A stretch of 63,827 nucleotides of DNA, the filler included, from Nemertoderma westbladi (taxonomy: Eukaryota; Animalia; Xenacoelomorpha): NCBI GenBank assembly GCA_032718475.1. It is 4 parts of 4 records of this genome, joined end to end, with 100 filler letters (N's around TTAATTAATTAA, not from the genome) between each part and the next. Parts side by side here need not be neighbours in the genome. Positions count along the whole stretch, not along the records: positions 41,056 to 58,689 come from JAUCBJ010004383.1; positions 58,790 to 63,827 come from JAUCBJ010002370.1; 2 more parts are not named here. The stretch is one strand, 5' to 3'. Positions 48,708 through 61,461 of this stretch are shown here, piece after piece (the first letter of the stretch is position 1; the number at the start of each line of letters is the position of its first letter). Under the pieces are notes generated by a model, which saw only the letters and a list, made by a program, of their open reading frames with translations, did not search any database and was not told where the DNA came from. Made by a program: the position numbers and the translations under genes.

Positions 48708-49400
48708 ATGATTAATGTTTGTGCCCTTGATTGATATCTGTCCCTCGTTTAATGTTTGTGTCCCTCATTAATCTTTGTGTCCCTCATTAATGTTTGTGTA
48801 CCTTATTAATGTTTGTGTCCCTCATTAATGTTAGTGTACCTCATTAATGTTTGTGTCCCTTATTAATGTTTGTGTACCTCATTAATGTTTGTGTCACTCA
48901 TTAATGTTTGTGTCCCTTATTAATGTTTGTGTCCCTCATTAATGATAGTGTACCTCATTAATGTTGGTGTCCCTTATTAATGTTTGTGTCCCTCGTTAAT
49001 GTTTGTGTACCTCATTAATGTTTGTGTCCCTCATTAATGTTTGTATCCCTCATTAATGTTTGTGTCCCTCATTAATGTTTGTGTCCCTTATTAATGTTTG
49101 TGTCCCTCATTAATGTTAGTGTACCTCATTAATGTTTGTGTCCCTTATTAATGTTTGTGTCCCTCATTAATGTTAGTGTACCTCATTAATGTTTGTGTCC
49201 CTTATTATAATGTTTGTGTACCTCATTAATGTTTGTGTCCCTCATTAATGTTTGTGTCCCTCATTAATGATTGTGTCCCACATCAATGTTTATGTCCCAC
49301 ATTAATGTTTGTCCCCCTGATTAATGTTTGTCCCACATTAATGTTTGTGGCGCTGATAAATATATGTCCTTCATTTAATGTTTGTGTCCAAGTTTAATGT
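48708..49400 (-). repeat. 22-bp tandem array, inverted partner
   Basis: (ATTAATGTTTGTGTCCCTC)-core units. Confidence 0.95.
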
Positions 49401-50493
49401 TTAATGTTTGGGTTCCGGACGTTTTGGATAACTTGGTCAGCAACAAGCAACTTAATTTGAGTAACATTAACTTTTAGTTTCCGTTATATGAGGCATATTT
49501 TACAGTAACAAACTTCACGTTTACATAGAGCAACTTGATCGGCAACCTGACATGCTCACCAAGTTGCTGATAGAGTTTCTCAAAATGTTGCCACGTACTG
49601 TATAAAAAACAGTCTTTAATTATTCGTCATGACGTAGCTAGACTTTGTTCTTACTGTAGAGTACCACCCATGGCTATATTTTGTACTTACAGTTCCGCTT
49701 TCTTGAATCTAAGTTTTGTTCTTATGGTTCTGCATTTGGCTACATTTTGTTCAATTTGTATTGATACATGATTCTAACTACAGTCCCGTACTTATTTTAG
49801 AAGCAATTAATACCAAAATATCAAAAATTTATGGAGCCCTTTAGAATTTTGAATTCAAAAATTTCCAACATGTGCGCAAGTGTGTTAGCTGTATTGTATG
49901 TGCTTATTTGTTATTATTGCGTTCACAGGTAATACAAACACCTGCTCATGTGCTAGTTAACATGTTAGATAGCACGTATTAGCTAATAACAAATGCGCAC
50001 ATGTATTACGTGCGCACTACGCACTAAATAAGTAAGGACGCACGATACGCCTTGGCTATAATTTGATATATTTGGCGTGTTTTTTGTAAAAATTCGGATT
50101 TATGGTGTTTTGCCTAATTGAGGATGCCTTGTTTTCTAGGCAATACCCCGCAATATATATTTATTTGTCAAAAAACACAATAACAAGTAAACCTAGGCAT
50201 CTCTCTAAAAAATAAACAGTTTTTATCGATTATCTCAGAACTACAAAAATCGACTTAGGGGGTTCTGCCTTGAAGGTGGCGATGCGGTTGTGTGCGTTTC
50301 AGCGTCTGGATCACCAATAAAGCGGTATATCTCCGCTTCCCATTGTAATATAAAAATTGTTTAAATATATTATAATATAATAAATCAAATGTCGGAGTAG
50401 CCTGTTAAACTGCAGTACCACCGGTGGCACTGCAGGAGAGTCAAGCAGTAACAGACAAAAAGTGGTACCTGTACAGCGGTACGCCAGGACAGC

Positions 50494-52378
50494 TACTACT
50501 ACTACTAGGATCGGCATGCTGCATTGCAGCTGCATTTTTAAAAATGCTGTGCCGGCTTGTCAACAAAATTGCACCGCCACAACTCCCTATCACCCATGAC
50601 ATTTGCTAGATCATCCGCATCTTCAAGGCCAGTGTCCTTTAAGATGCGTCTCAAGAAAGTCATGGGCTGTCCACCATGCTTATTCACTCCATGAAGCTGC
50701 CAAAGTACAAGATTATGCACTGGCTGGTCCTCACTGCGAAAGCAATGTCCTGCAAAGCGGAGGCGATTTTGTTCTAGTGTCAAGCTTGGGGGAACCAATG
50801 AGACACCTCCAATGTTATATAGTGTCTGGTTGGAGATGTGTGCATTGTACTTAACACAATGAACCCGGCGTAGCATTCTTGTGAATGTGCCATCCAGAGA
50901 TTTGGTGTCCTCAGCAGTTAGAGCCCAGCATGGACTCCCGTAGAGGATTACTGGAACTACTGCTGCTCTAAATAATCGGACCTTAAGTTTCCGATTAATT
51001 CTCGGTGACTTCCAAATCCTGGAAATCCTATTCAAGGCTGCCCATGCCTTTCCCTTACGCATTCGAAGGTCCTCACCTGACTTCCGGATCCATGATCCCA
51101 GGTTACAGAAGTCGTCCACATGCTCAAGCATACCATCCTTTGAGCTTATGCTCATCCGATCAGAGACTTGCTGAGGACTTTCAAAGTTAACTGTCAAAGT
51201 TTTGGTCTTTCTGGAGTTAATAAAAAGACCAACACTAGAAGCAGCATGTTCTAATGAGCTGAGGAGCCGTTGGTCTCCCTGTAATGTTTCTGAGAGTACT
51301 CCTAAGTCATCAGCAAAGTCTAGATCAGTTAGGTACTTGGCAGGATTTCCTCGACTTCTGGAGCCAGTAGGTGGAGTTATCATCACCCCATCATCATTAT
51401 GATGATCTAAGGACATGCGTAGAACATAGTCAACCACAATAATGAACAAGAATGGTGCAAGTGTGTCTCCTTGGAGGACGCCCTATAACACTTCAAATGG
51501 TTCTGTGTCACCGTCAACAGTAGACACAAATGTTGTCGAACCATCGTATACTGATCTGATTGCTGCAATAATTTCATCAGGAATCCCATATAATGAAAGT
51601 ATGCTGAACATACGTGAGCGAGAGACTGAATCAAAGGCCTTGAGGAAGTCAACAAAGATAACAGCCAGATGCCTGTCTTTCTTTTTTGACAATTCTTCAA
51701 TTATCCTTCTAAGTGCCAAAATGTGCTCCTTTACGGAACCCATTCTGATTTCCACGGAGCAGTCTCCCAATGTCCTGTCATTATTGAGGAGCTTTTCAAA
51801 GTGGGCTTTCCAACCATTGAGGCGATCGGCTGGTGATTCAGCCTTAACTTTGGTGGTTGGTTGGCTTTTCCGCCCAGTAAGCAAATTGATCGATTTCCAT
51901 GCCTGGGGTGATTGCCTGCTGTCGTCAGCATCATTGATGGCATCAACCTGTTGGTTTATTAGCTCCTGTAGATTAACAGAGTACTGCCTGTTCAGGGACC
52001 TAGATGCAGCCTTAACTGCATTCTTGGCCGCTGTAGTCTGTTTGAGTCGGGACTCTTTCTGCGCCTTATGAAGGTCATTTCGGCACTTCTGAATTTTGTT
52101 GTCAGTCCAGGGGGCCCTTTTCCTGTTTCGAGAGTATACAGGAACTGTTTCTGCAGCTGCTAACTTAACTGCTTCTGTAAAAGCAGTATAGCCCTCACAG
52201 TGATCTGCCGCCTCAGAGGCAAGAGCCTCATACCTGTTGCTCAGCTGTAGTGTGAAGCTGGATCTCACACTTGGCTGTTGCAACAGAGAGGACCAGTCAT
52301 GCCGCGGCAAGGCAGATTTCGTTGTTCTGCTAGCACGCAGACTAAGTCTTACCTTGGCCACAATAAGGCGGATTAAGG
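50494..52378 (-). mobile_element. 5'-truncated, defective RTE-clade LINE (reverse transcriptase pseudogene)
   Basis: RT motifs IFVDFLKAFDSV, GVLQGDTLAPFLF, LTDLDFADD and RLRFAGHC; in-frame TAG at 51483-51485; (TAG)n tail; 13-bp TSD ACGCCAGGACAGC at 50481-50493 and 52379-52391. Confidence 0.95.
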
Positions 52379-52649
52379 ACGCCAGGACAGCACTGATAAG
52401 TCGAAACTGAAAGTATATTGGTCAAATATATGAAGTTTTATCGGTATTTAGTTTTTCGTTCGAAGTTAAGTGGCCAACCGCTACAGTATAGTCATATTTT
52501 TTTTAAATGTTCAACTGGTTTAGCGTCCAGAGGCATACACCCGTTTAGACAGTGACATGATACAACCCAGGTCCGAAGTTAAAATCCTAGTTGGTGCAAA
52601 TTAGTTTTTGTGATAAAACTTAACTACTGTATATTCGAATTGACCACTG

Positions 52650-53036
52650 TGTTATATTTGTATCTGTAGTAATTAGCTGGACCAATCTCATCGTAGTTAC
52701 ACATTATTAGCCAATGCTGTACTCGTTTGTAAATTGCTGGACCAATGGCATTTTTAAGAATATATTAGAACCTACAGTATATAGAATTGCGTAGAACATC
52801 TAGAAGTTCGGTTGCATCCCTAATTTCCTATAAAGGGATGCGTTTGTCATTATTTGTCAGAGTCTTAGTAGTAAAAGTCTTAACACTAGTATAAATAGTA
52901 TTATTGCAGTATTATTAGATTAACTTTGTGTCTTATTATTTAGTTTAAATTGTTACTATCTCTTATAAATAATATACCTCTCGTCTGTTTTGTAAAATCT
53001 GCACTGTTTTACCATGATCCACCTTGGTGAATAATG
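52650..53036 (+). mobile_element. Probable solo LTR
   Basis: Starts TGTTATA, ends AATAATG (degenerate); 5-bp flanking repeat CACTG; three CCAAT motifs, then TATAAA, then an AT-rich poly(A)-like signal. Confidence 0.4.
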
Positions 53037-53833
53037 CACTGAAAGGGACACCGGACAGCAGCGATAAAAGGGAACATCGACAAAATGTAGAGGATACCAC
53101 CCACATTTCCTTTTAGATTATCATAGACCGCCGCCCCCGCCTAAAGATAAGATCGCGTTCGACCATTTCGCTACTCAAGACGCAAGACCTCTGAATAAGG
53201 TAGAAATAGTGCCGTACTGGACGCCAAAATAAAATTTAAGAACAATATTATCTGGTTCAGGCAGAACCCCGCGGATACCCTTCATACTCCTATAGGTGCG
53301 CCATTGGTTCATTTTGATGCGGTGGCCCACAAGTGCCAGCGCTGCACTCACATACATACCACATAATTTGCCTCCGAAATGTGTGTGTAGAGCGGCATGA
53401 AAATATCATGTCGCTCTCCACACACATTAAAGTACTGTAAGTTGTGTAGTGAGGTGTGTGTGTGTGTGTGTGTGTGTAGAGCGGAATGAAAATATCATGT
53501 CGCTCCCCACAGACAAAGTGAAAGTATTCCAATGTCATACCAGTACCGGTACAGTAAAGGAAAGAACTCTCAATACTGATACTAATAATAGTAATTAGTA
53601 CCGGTACTGCAGTAAGTCTGTTATTTTGTCGTCATTTTTGCCTCTTTCCTATACTCTATCATCTAATCATTAATATGTTTGTGTTTTGTGATTAAAAAGT
53701 TGTCATCCTGTTACAATAAATATACGTTTTATAATACCCCTAGGTATGACTACACGTAACCCCCCCCCCCCCCCCCCCCTCCCCCACCACCCCTCATTAA
53801 ACACCGTCCCTTATCTTGTATAGCCTTTCTTAA

Positions 53834-55397
53834 CCCTATTAGTACCGGGCTATAAAATGCTGTACAAATACCGGGGGGGGGGGGGGGGGGTCATATTGAC
53901 CCCCCCTCTAAAATTTACAAATTTTTACGTAAACGTCTGATTTTTCGTTTGTACGTAGGTATCACTAGTCTGGATCCGACCGAAAAAAAAATTTTCGAAA
54001 AAATGTACTGGGGTGGTAATATTGCAGCACCAAAATTACAAGTAGTGCACAATTTTCACAAAATTTGAAAGTGACATTTTTCGGCTAATTGTTTTTCATT
54101 ACAGGTTTTCTGGGGCGCAAAATACATTGGAAAATAATTAAAAATGACATGATTACCATAAATGGCTGTTCAGTCCTCTATGCGTAGGAAAAAAATGAAA
54201 AAAGCAAGTAACCAGCACTTTTCAGTTAAAACACAAAATTTTTAATTCACTTATACGATGCTATAAATTCACATTTTCAGGTTTTCTAGGGCGCGATTCT
54301 AATGGAATACATTTCAAATATGCCAGATCATTGCTACTTGTATTTTTCGGTGTAATTTGGCAAATTTTGGTGCTAGCACCAAATTTCGTACCCATCAACA
54401 AAAAGTACAAGTTTGTGATGTCCAGTGCTGTTTTTATTGATTCCATCGGATTCAGGACCCTCATAAACCCGTATAACGCAAGAAACAAGATGACACTATC
54501 TACTGAACAATTTACTCATTTTCAAAAATTTGGTGCTGGCAAAACAATTTTTACCCTCCGGCGAAAAATACAAGTTTGAAAACTCTTATGAAATTTTTAC
54601 TGATTCCATTGAATTCAGAACCCTAACAAACCCGTATAACGCAAGATACAAGATGACACAATCAATTGATATATTCGATGGTTTTCAAAATTTGGTGCTA
54701 GCACCACATTTTGCACCCACTTCCGAAAAATACAAGTTTGAGATGTCTAGTTCGATAATTATATATTCCATTGAATTCAGAACAGCCATAAACCTCTAAA
54801 ACGCAAGAAATAAATTGTCACAAGCAATTTTATCTATTGAATGGATTTTCAAAATTTCGTGCTAGCACCAAAATTTGCACACAGCACCGAAAAATACAAG
54901 TTTGATACGCTTGGTGCAACTCGTATATATTTCATCGAAACCAGAACCACAAAAAACCCCAATTGCGTAAAAAACAAGTTTCAAACAATCAATTTACAAA
55001 ATTGACAAATTTCAAAATTTGGTGCTGGCACCAAAATTTAGCACCCGCCGAAAAAAACAAGTTTGAAATTTCTAAATCAATTTATATGAATTCCATCCAA
55101 TTGCTAACACCAAAAAACCGGTGTAAATCAAAAATAGAGATGTTACAATTCATATTTAATGAAATGTAATTTTCAAAAAACGTCTCAAAAAAAGTGCCAA
55201 AAGTAGGGTTAAAAAATGGTGCTATAACTCGAAAACTACCCAATATTTTTGAAAACGGTTTTCACTACTAGGAAGACAATAGATTTTTAGGAAAAGTCAT
55301 AAAATTTCAGATTCCCAACTGCGTTTGTTTCAGAATTATAATAAAAAAACCACTCATGGGTCATATTGAGCCTCCCCCCCCCCCGGGTTTAATAGGG
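53834..55397. mobile_element. piggyBac-like non-autonomous element nested in the IS3EU element
   Basis: TTAA|CCCTATTA...TAATAGGG|TTAA; five internal repeats of about 163 bp centred on the palindrome TTTGGTGCTAGCACCAAA. Confidence 0.85.
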
Positions 55398-55709
55398 TTA
55401 AGTGGACCGGTTTTTATTGTAAACAGTAATTAAATCTCATCTCATTCTCATCTCATTCCTGCCCCGCGCAGTAAATGATACACATTATAATTCATTACGA
55501 ATTTCATTAAATTAAACATTTAATTGTAATATTATTTTACCCATCAAATAAAGTATAGAAAGATAAATAATACAATTCAAGTTTACCCACAAAGAGGTGT
55601 TAATATATACATAAATACTAAGTAAACAATGTATTGTACTGTATGGATAACGTGAGATTTTTTATTATTCTAAACAATCTCAGACTAACTATCAGACCAT
55701 TTCGATGGT

Positions 55710-56802
55710 TTACATAATTATGTTCATATAATTGCACACATATTCACAGTAAGATAACACTTCGTTATGGTTCGTGGAGGCAACTCCTAGTGGTGATATA
55801 AACTCCTCCATTGCCTGTAGGCCCCTACTGTACACTACCAACGTCTACTTGAATAGCTAAATCACTAAGACCCCCTCGTAGACTCGGATGGTAAAAGTTA
55901 CACATTGGTCTTCCGGCAATGGTATCGAAGCGGGATTTCCTTATGTAGTGGGAATTCCAGTCGTCCACCACAGCATTCATTTCTGATTCCATAACAGGTG
56001 AAAAACAATACCAAGCAATAGCCTTCTGAGTTCTACAGTTAGTGTTGTATTCTCCAGAGTCGACTAAGATCTTTAAAGAAATTGATCCACCAAGTTGTCC
56101 ACGTTTTTCGAAGATAGGACCACCAACTCTCTATCCGCTGATTGTGGGGTGATCCCACATATTTGTGGGCTTTTTCACATCATCGCCGGAACGTACATTG
56201 TGCTGCCGCCATGACACCATTTTCTGTCCCTTTGTCTGTATGTAAAACTACAGGACAACCGTACTTTCCAACGGATTCCAGATAAAATTTACTAACAACA
56301 TTGGGGTCGTTATTCGTCTGCGTCAACCTCAACCAAATAACCATTCTCGACCAACCATCTAGACAACCATGAATGGGAAAACCGAACATTTTCAACTTGC
56401 CATAGCCATCTGCTCTGCATGCCAGGCATAGTTTGGCCCCTTATTTCGATATTGCCTGCGTTCTAGTTTATGCTTACGTCTCAAATTCGAAGCGAGTGGG
56501 TTTATTTCCTTAAGAATAAGTTGGACTGTTAAACGTGATACAGTACAGCCAAGTTTTACCAAATGCCTCCAAAAATGTCGATATCCCCACAAACATGCAG
56601 GTCCGTCTATAAGAGATTTTACAGTTTGCTTAATTTCAATTAAGACTATATTACCACTCTTTCGAGTTAAATGCAATTCGATTAATCGTCTCTTCACTGT
56701 CCTTTCACTAATTGTAATTCAATGTTTTTTATGGAGGATATTTACAATCTCCCTGTAAGTTAATTCACTCTTGAAATACTCCGTAATATAAAACTTTTCC
56801 AT
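55710..56802 (-). pseudogene. IS3-like (rve-type) DDE transposase pseudogene
   Basis: N-terminal HTH (YF...YREI..IL...ISERTVKRRL), then GPNYAWH, FGFPIHGCLDGWSR, TDKGTEN, NQRIESWW and WNSHYIR, with stops and frameshifts. Confidence 0.85.
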
Positions 56803-56929
56803 CGCATACAACTGCGTGGCACAACGTCGTACCGGACAGCAGCACCCAACACTACTTCACATACGATAATTCAGCAGACTTAGACCTAGGCCTACTTAGT
56901 ACTTCATATTCTATTTCCGCCATTTTGAC

Positions 56930-57375
56930 TGTGCGTGTGGAGAGCAACATGATATTTTCATGCCGCTCTACACCACACACCACCTCACTACACAACTTAC
57001 AGTACTTTAATGTGTGTGGAGAGCGACATGATATTTTCATGCCGCTCTACACACACACACACACACCCTCACTACACAACTTACAGTACTTTAATGTGTG
57101 TGGAGAGCGACATGATATTTTCATTCCGCTCTACACACACACACACACACCTCACTACACAACTTACAGTACTTTAATGTGTGTGGAGAGCGACATGATA
57201 TTTTCATGGCGCTCTACACACACACACACACACACACCTCACTACACAACTTACAGTACTTTAATGTGTGTGGAGAGCGACATGATATTTTCATGCCGCT
57301 CTACACACACACACCCTCACTACACAACTTACAGTACTTTAATGTGTGTGGAGAGCGACATGATATTTTCATGCC

Positions 57376-57406
<31 letters not shown>

Positions 57407-58020
57407 CTCACTACACAACTTACAGTACTTTAATGTGTGTGGAGAGCGACATGATATTTTCATGCCGCTCTACACACACACACCCTCACTACACAACTTA
57501 CAGTACTTTAATGTGTGTGGAGAGCGACATGATATTTTCATGCCGCTCTACACACACACACACACACACCTCACTACACAACTTACAGTACTTTAATGCG
57601 TGTGGAGAGCGACATGATATTTTCATGCCGCTCTACACACACACACACCCTCACTACACAACTTACAGTACTTTAATGCGTGTGGAGAGCGACATGATAT
57701 TTTCATGGCGCTCTACACACACACACCTCACTACACAACTTACAGTACTTTAATGTGTGTGGAGAGCGACATGATATTTTCATGGCGCTCTACACACACA
57801 CACACACACCTCACTACACAACTTACAGTACTTTAATGTGTGTGGAGAGCGGCATGATATTTTCATGGCGCTCTACACACACACACACACACACACCCCT
57901 ACACACACACACACACACCCCCACACCCCTACACACACACACACCTCACTACACAACTTACAGTACTTTAATGTGTGTGGAGAGCGACATGATATTTTCA
58001 TGCCACTCTATACACACATT
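56930..58020. repeat. 13-unit array of a 37-bp imperfect palindrome, variable (CA)n and a constant linker
   Basis: GTGGAGAGCGACATGATATTTTCATGCCGCTCTACAC-(AC)n-CTCACTACACAACTTACAGTACTTTAAT. Confidence 0.95.
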
Positions 58021-58689
58021 TCAGTGGAAAATCATGTTATATGTTTGTGAGTGTGAGTGCAGCGCTGGCACTTGTGGGCCACCGTATGTGGGCCACCGTA
58101 GTTCGTAGACTGTTTTCTGCCTCACCGGTTAGAGAGCCAGTAGACTTTATACTGTATTAGTTACGTTGGGTTTGATTTATTTCCTACCAATATTAGTAGG
58201 TTTACTGTTTCTTACCAACGATAGTAGTACGTTGGACTTGCTCTCGCTATCAATAACTTATTTGGGACAAATTGGAATTAAAGCTTTGATTATGAAGTCG
58301 ATATTCTTTTCAGTATTCCTTTAGAATTATAAACCTTTTTGAAATAATACAGGCTATTTTGGATACAATCAACCTATATGGGACACAAACACCCTATATG
58401 GGACACTAACAACCTATTTGAGGCAAAATTAAGACTTATTAAGGACTATTTGGGATGAAGTTGAGTCGGGGGGGGGGGGGGGGGGGGGGGGGGGAGGGTG
58501 CGATATCACTAATTTGATTGTCATATAATTATTATTATACGAATGCATTCAGATTTATTATAAATAAACATACATGGATGATACATGGATAAATTGAACA
58601 ACATGAAAATTAAATAACATGACTATGATGACACTATAGCCTATAATGCATCACAGTCTTACAGGCCATTTGCAAGGCACCCACAGTAT

Positions 58690-58789
58690 NNNNNNNNNNN
58701 NNNNNNNNNNNNNNNNNNNNNNNNNNNNNNNNNTTAATTAATTAANNNNNNNNNNNNNNNNNNNNNNNNNNNNNNNNNNNNNNNNNNNN
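58690..58789. other. Artificial contig linker
   Basis: N-run containing TTAATTAATTAA. Confidence 0.98.
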
Positions 58790-58790
58790 C

Positions 58791-59613
58791 TAGGGATCGA
58801 TCGGAGCTCCGGCATCCGGCTCCGGCTCCGGCCATTTTGGCACCTCCGGCTCCTGCTCCGGCTCCGGTAAAAATATTGCCGGAGTTAATTTTGTAATAAA
58901 GTATTATAATTCGTGCATATTCTAATCTGAACAATTATTTACACTATAAGTACTGTAGTACAGCTTCAATCAGTCAATATCAAGCAGAATACTGCAGTAT
59001 TTACTTAGTCAATGACTGACTGACTGTACTGCAGTACTGGTACTGTGTACTGGTCAGCTGGCTGACTAGCAGACTGTTACGGATACAGGGATAGGCCCTA
59101 CTGTAAAAAATTGTTGTAAATGCTATGACTGTATGATTGTACACTGCTGCACTGTACCACTGCAGCCATTTACTGACTGTCATGCCAGCATAATGTACTG
59201 CAGAACTGGTACACATACGGTACGTACAGCGGTAGGCAGGTAGGCTACCTACAGTACAGCAGTACACACCTCTACCACAGTTAGTGAGTTAGGTACTGTA
59301 GGTAATTTTTAGCCGTCAGCGTCAGGCCGTCTGTCAGTCTGTCGGTGATAAATTAATTACTTCAGTACTTAGGTTTAAATTGAAAATTCGTAAATCTATA
59401 AATTATGAAATTAATTACACCTACAGTACGAGTACAGCATATGATTGATTATGAGCGATTGGCGAACGATAACCATACTTTATTTTTTTTTAATAAATAA
59501 TTAAATTTTTAAAATTTTTGAAAAACTCCGGCTCCTGCTCCGGCTCCGGCTAAATTGTCCAACTCCGGCTCCTGCTCCGGCTCCGGCCAAATCCCAACTC
59601 CGATCGAGCCCTA
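58791..59613. mobile_element. hAT-like MITE with (CTCCGG)n subterminal repeats
   Basis: TIR TAGGG(A/C)TCGATCGGAG; left flank lost in the gap. Confidence 0.75.
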
Positions 59614-60990
59614 GTTATGGCATTGGTGGTGCATTATTGGCTTGGCTTACTGCCTTTTTAAAGGACCGATCACAAAGAGTAATTATTAATGGCAAAGCAT
59701 CCTCTCCAACCTTAGTTACTAGCGGAGACCCTCAAGGTACTGTACTAGCAGCTAGCACCTCTACTATTTGTAATATTCATCAATGATAAAAGTGATTTCG
59801 TTTCCCCGGAAACAATATTAAGATGTATGCAGTGCTGACGATACAAAGTTATATAAGGCAATATTATCCCAAACTGACTCTAAACAACTACAAACTGATA
59901 TTGAAAACATATATTCCTGGTCCAAAAAGTGGCAGTTACACTTCAATCTGAAAAAGTGCGGTATAATCATGTCTCTCCAGTGTCCCACTCCCAATAATTG
60001 GACTCATATTCGTCAATACTCTATGGATAAACTTCCTTTATTAAATTTGGCTTCATCCAAAGACTTGGGTATAGAGATATCCGTTGATATGCGTTACTAC
60101 AGTGAACATATAGCTTCCATTGCAATTCCGTTTATAGCTTCCATTGCAAGTAAAGCTAGGCGTGTTTGTTTCCAAATACGTAGGTCATTCGGTCATCGCG
60201 ATTCGAATTTCAAATTTAGTTTATTTCAAACATTCGCTCGCCCTCTACTAAAATACACTTCCGCGATCTGGAATCCAAGCCTCGACAAAGACATACAGTG
60301 ATACAGACATATATGCATTAGAACGGATCCAGAGAGATTTGACGCGTTACCTACCCGGACTTAGGAGTTTATCTTATGACGAGCGTCTACATTATCTGAG
60401 GGCTGATCCCGATCCGTTTGAAATCCTTTGGCGTCGGTTGAAGATTGATTTGTTTGAAATGTTTAAAATTATCGTTCTCCTTGATAATACCGGTAATTTC
60501 ATCATACTTTCTACTACCATCTCAACCAGAGGTCATAGCAACAAGCGCGAAATCGCCCAAAAAGTCCGCTTCTACTGACGCATGAAATGTCTCCTTGAAT
60601 GACTTAATACCAATCTTACCACAACAAAAATCCACCGGAATGGGGGATTGGACACGGTACCTATAGAATCCAAATCCCACGCTCTGCCAACTGAGCCGCT
60701 GGGGCCGTATCAAGCCAGAATACCAAAACCAAACTGAAAATTAACAACAACAACGTAGTGAATGCTATAGGTCTCGCTAAGCGGACATAAAAAGTTAACC
60801 TTGACACGCTCAAGCAACTGCATCTTACAAAGCCATATTACTGTGAGAAAGATATTATTATGGAACGACAACAAAGAAAATATAATCAACGCATCTACAG
60901 TTAAATCTTTCCTATCACTTCTTAATTCAGCAAATTTTATCAATGAATGTAAAGGGTCGTGGAAGAACTCGATGTACGACGTCCATCCCT
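59614..60990 (+). mobile_element. Decayed CR1-group LINE reverse transcriptase fragment
   Basis: Frameshifted LAWLTAFLKDRSQRVIING, TSGDPQGTVL, PLLFVIFIND, ADDTKLY, WSKKWQLHFNLKKC, KDLGI, RPLLKYTSAIWNP and TRGH motifs. Confidence 0.85.
60635..60707 (-). mobile_element. tRNA-like SINE head inserted in the CR1 fragment
   Basis: GGCCCCAGCGGCTCAGTTGGCAGAGCG... with a degenerate B-box; no complete cloverleaf. Confidence 0.45.
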
Positions 60991-61461
60991 TCTAAACAAT
61001 CCCCCCCCCCCCCCCCCAGCCCCCCCCCCCCCTTATTTTATGAACATTCGCATATACAGTACTTTTATTTTATTTGGACTTTTATTTCATCATTGTGCGA
61101 TTCTGCTATTTTAAATACAGTAGATAAAAATTAATTATTAATTAAACATTAATTAATAACTAGTTATTTTAAATAGGCTACCGGTAGGCCTACCGGTACT
61201 CTGTGGTGCTTTTATAAGCGTGGCTGAGTGCACCGCATGGATCTTTTTTAATTATAATTGTCCAAAATTTGTGTTTTCGTTTTAATGTGATCAGATGAAT
61301 AATAAACATATTTGAATATATAAGAATATAGCTGTCTATAGCCAGACAGCTATAGGCCAGATAGGCAGATAGGCCTGTTCCATATTTCATGCAAACCAGC
61401 AAAATCATTATACTGTTATACTATTACTGCACTGCCGCAGTACCGGTACCGTATCTCATAC

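Larger units (their letters stand above)
47166..50281. mobile_element. Sola-like non-autonomous element containing inverted 22-bp arrays
   Basis: TIR CG(T/C)CACCTTCAAGGCAGAACCCCCTAAGT with 4-bp TSD ATGC. Confidence 0.75.
53318..58086 (-). mobile_element. IS3EU-type DNA transposon (decayed)
   Basis: Inverted ends T(G/A)CGGTGGCCCACAAGTGCCAGCGCTGCACTCACA; subterminal palindromic units at both ends; internal DDE pseudogene; no TSD recognised. Confidence 0.7.

Noticed and set aside
51442-52071. 209-aa plus-strand ORF
   Set aside because: Antisense shadow of the RTE reading frame
56930-58020. CRISPR array
   Set aside because: The intervening sequences are constant apart from (CA)n length, there are no unique spacers or cas genes, and the context is a eukaryotic transposon end
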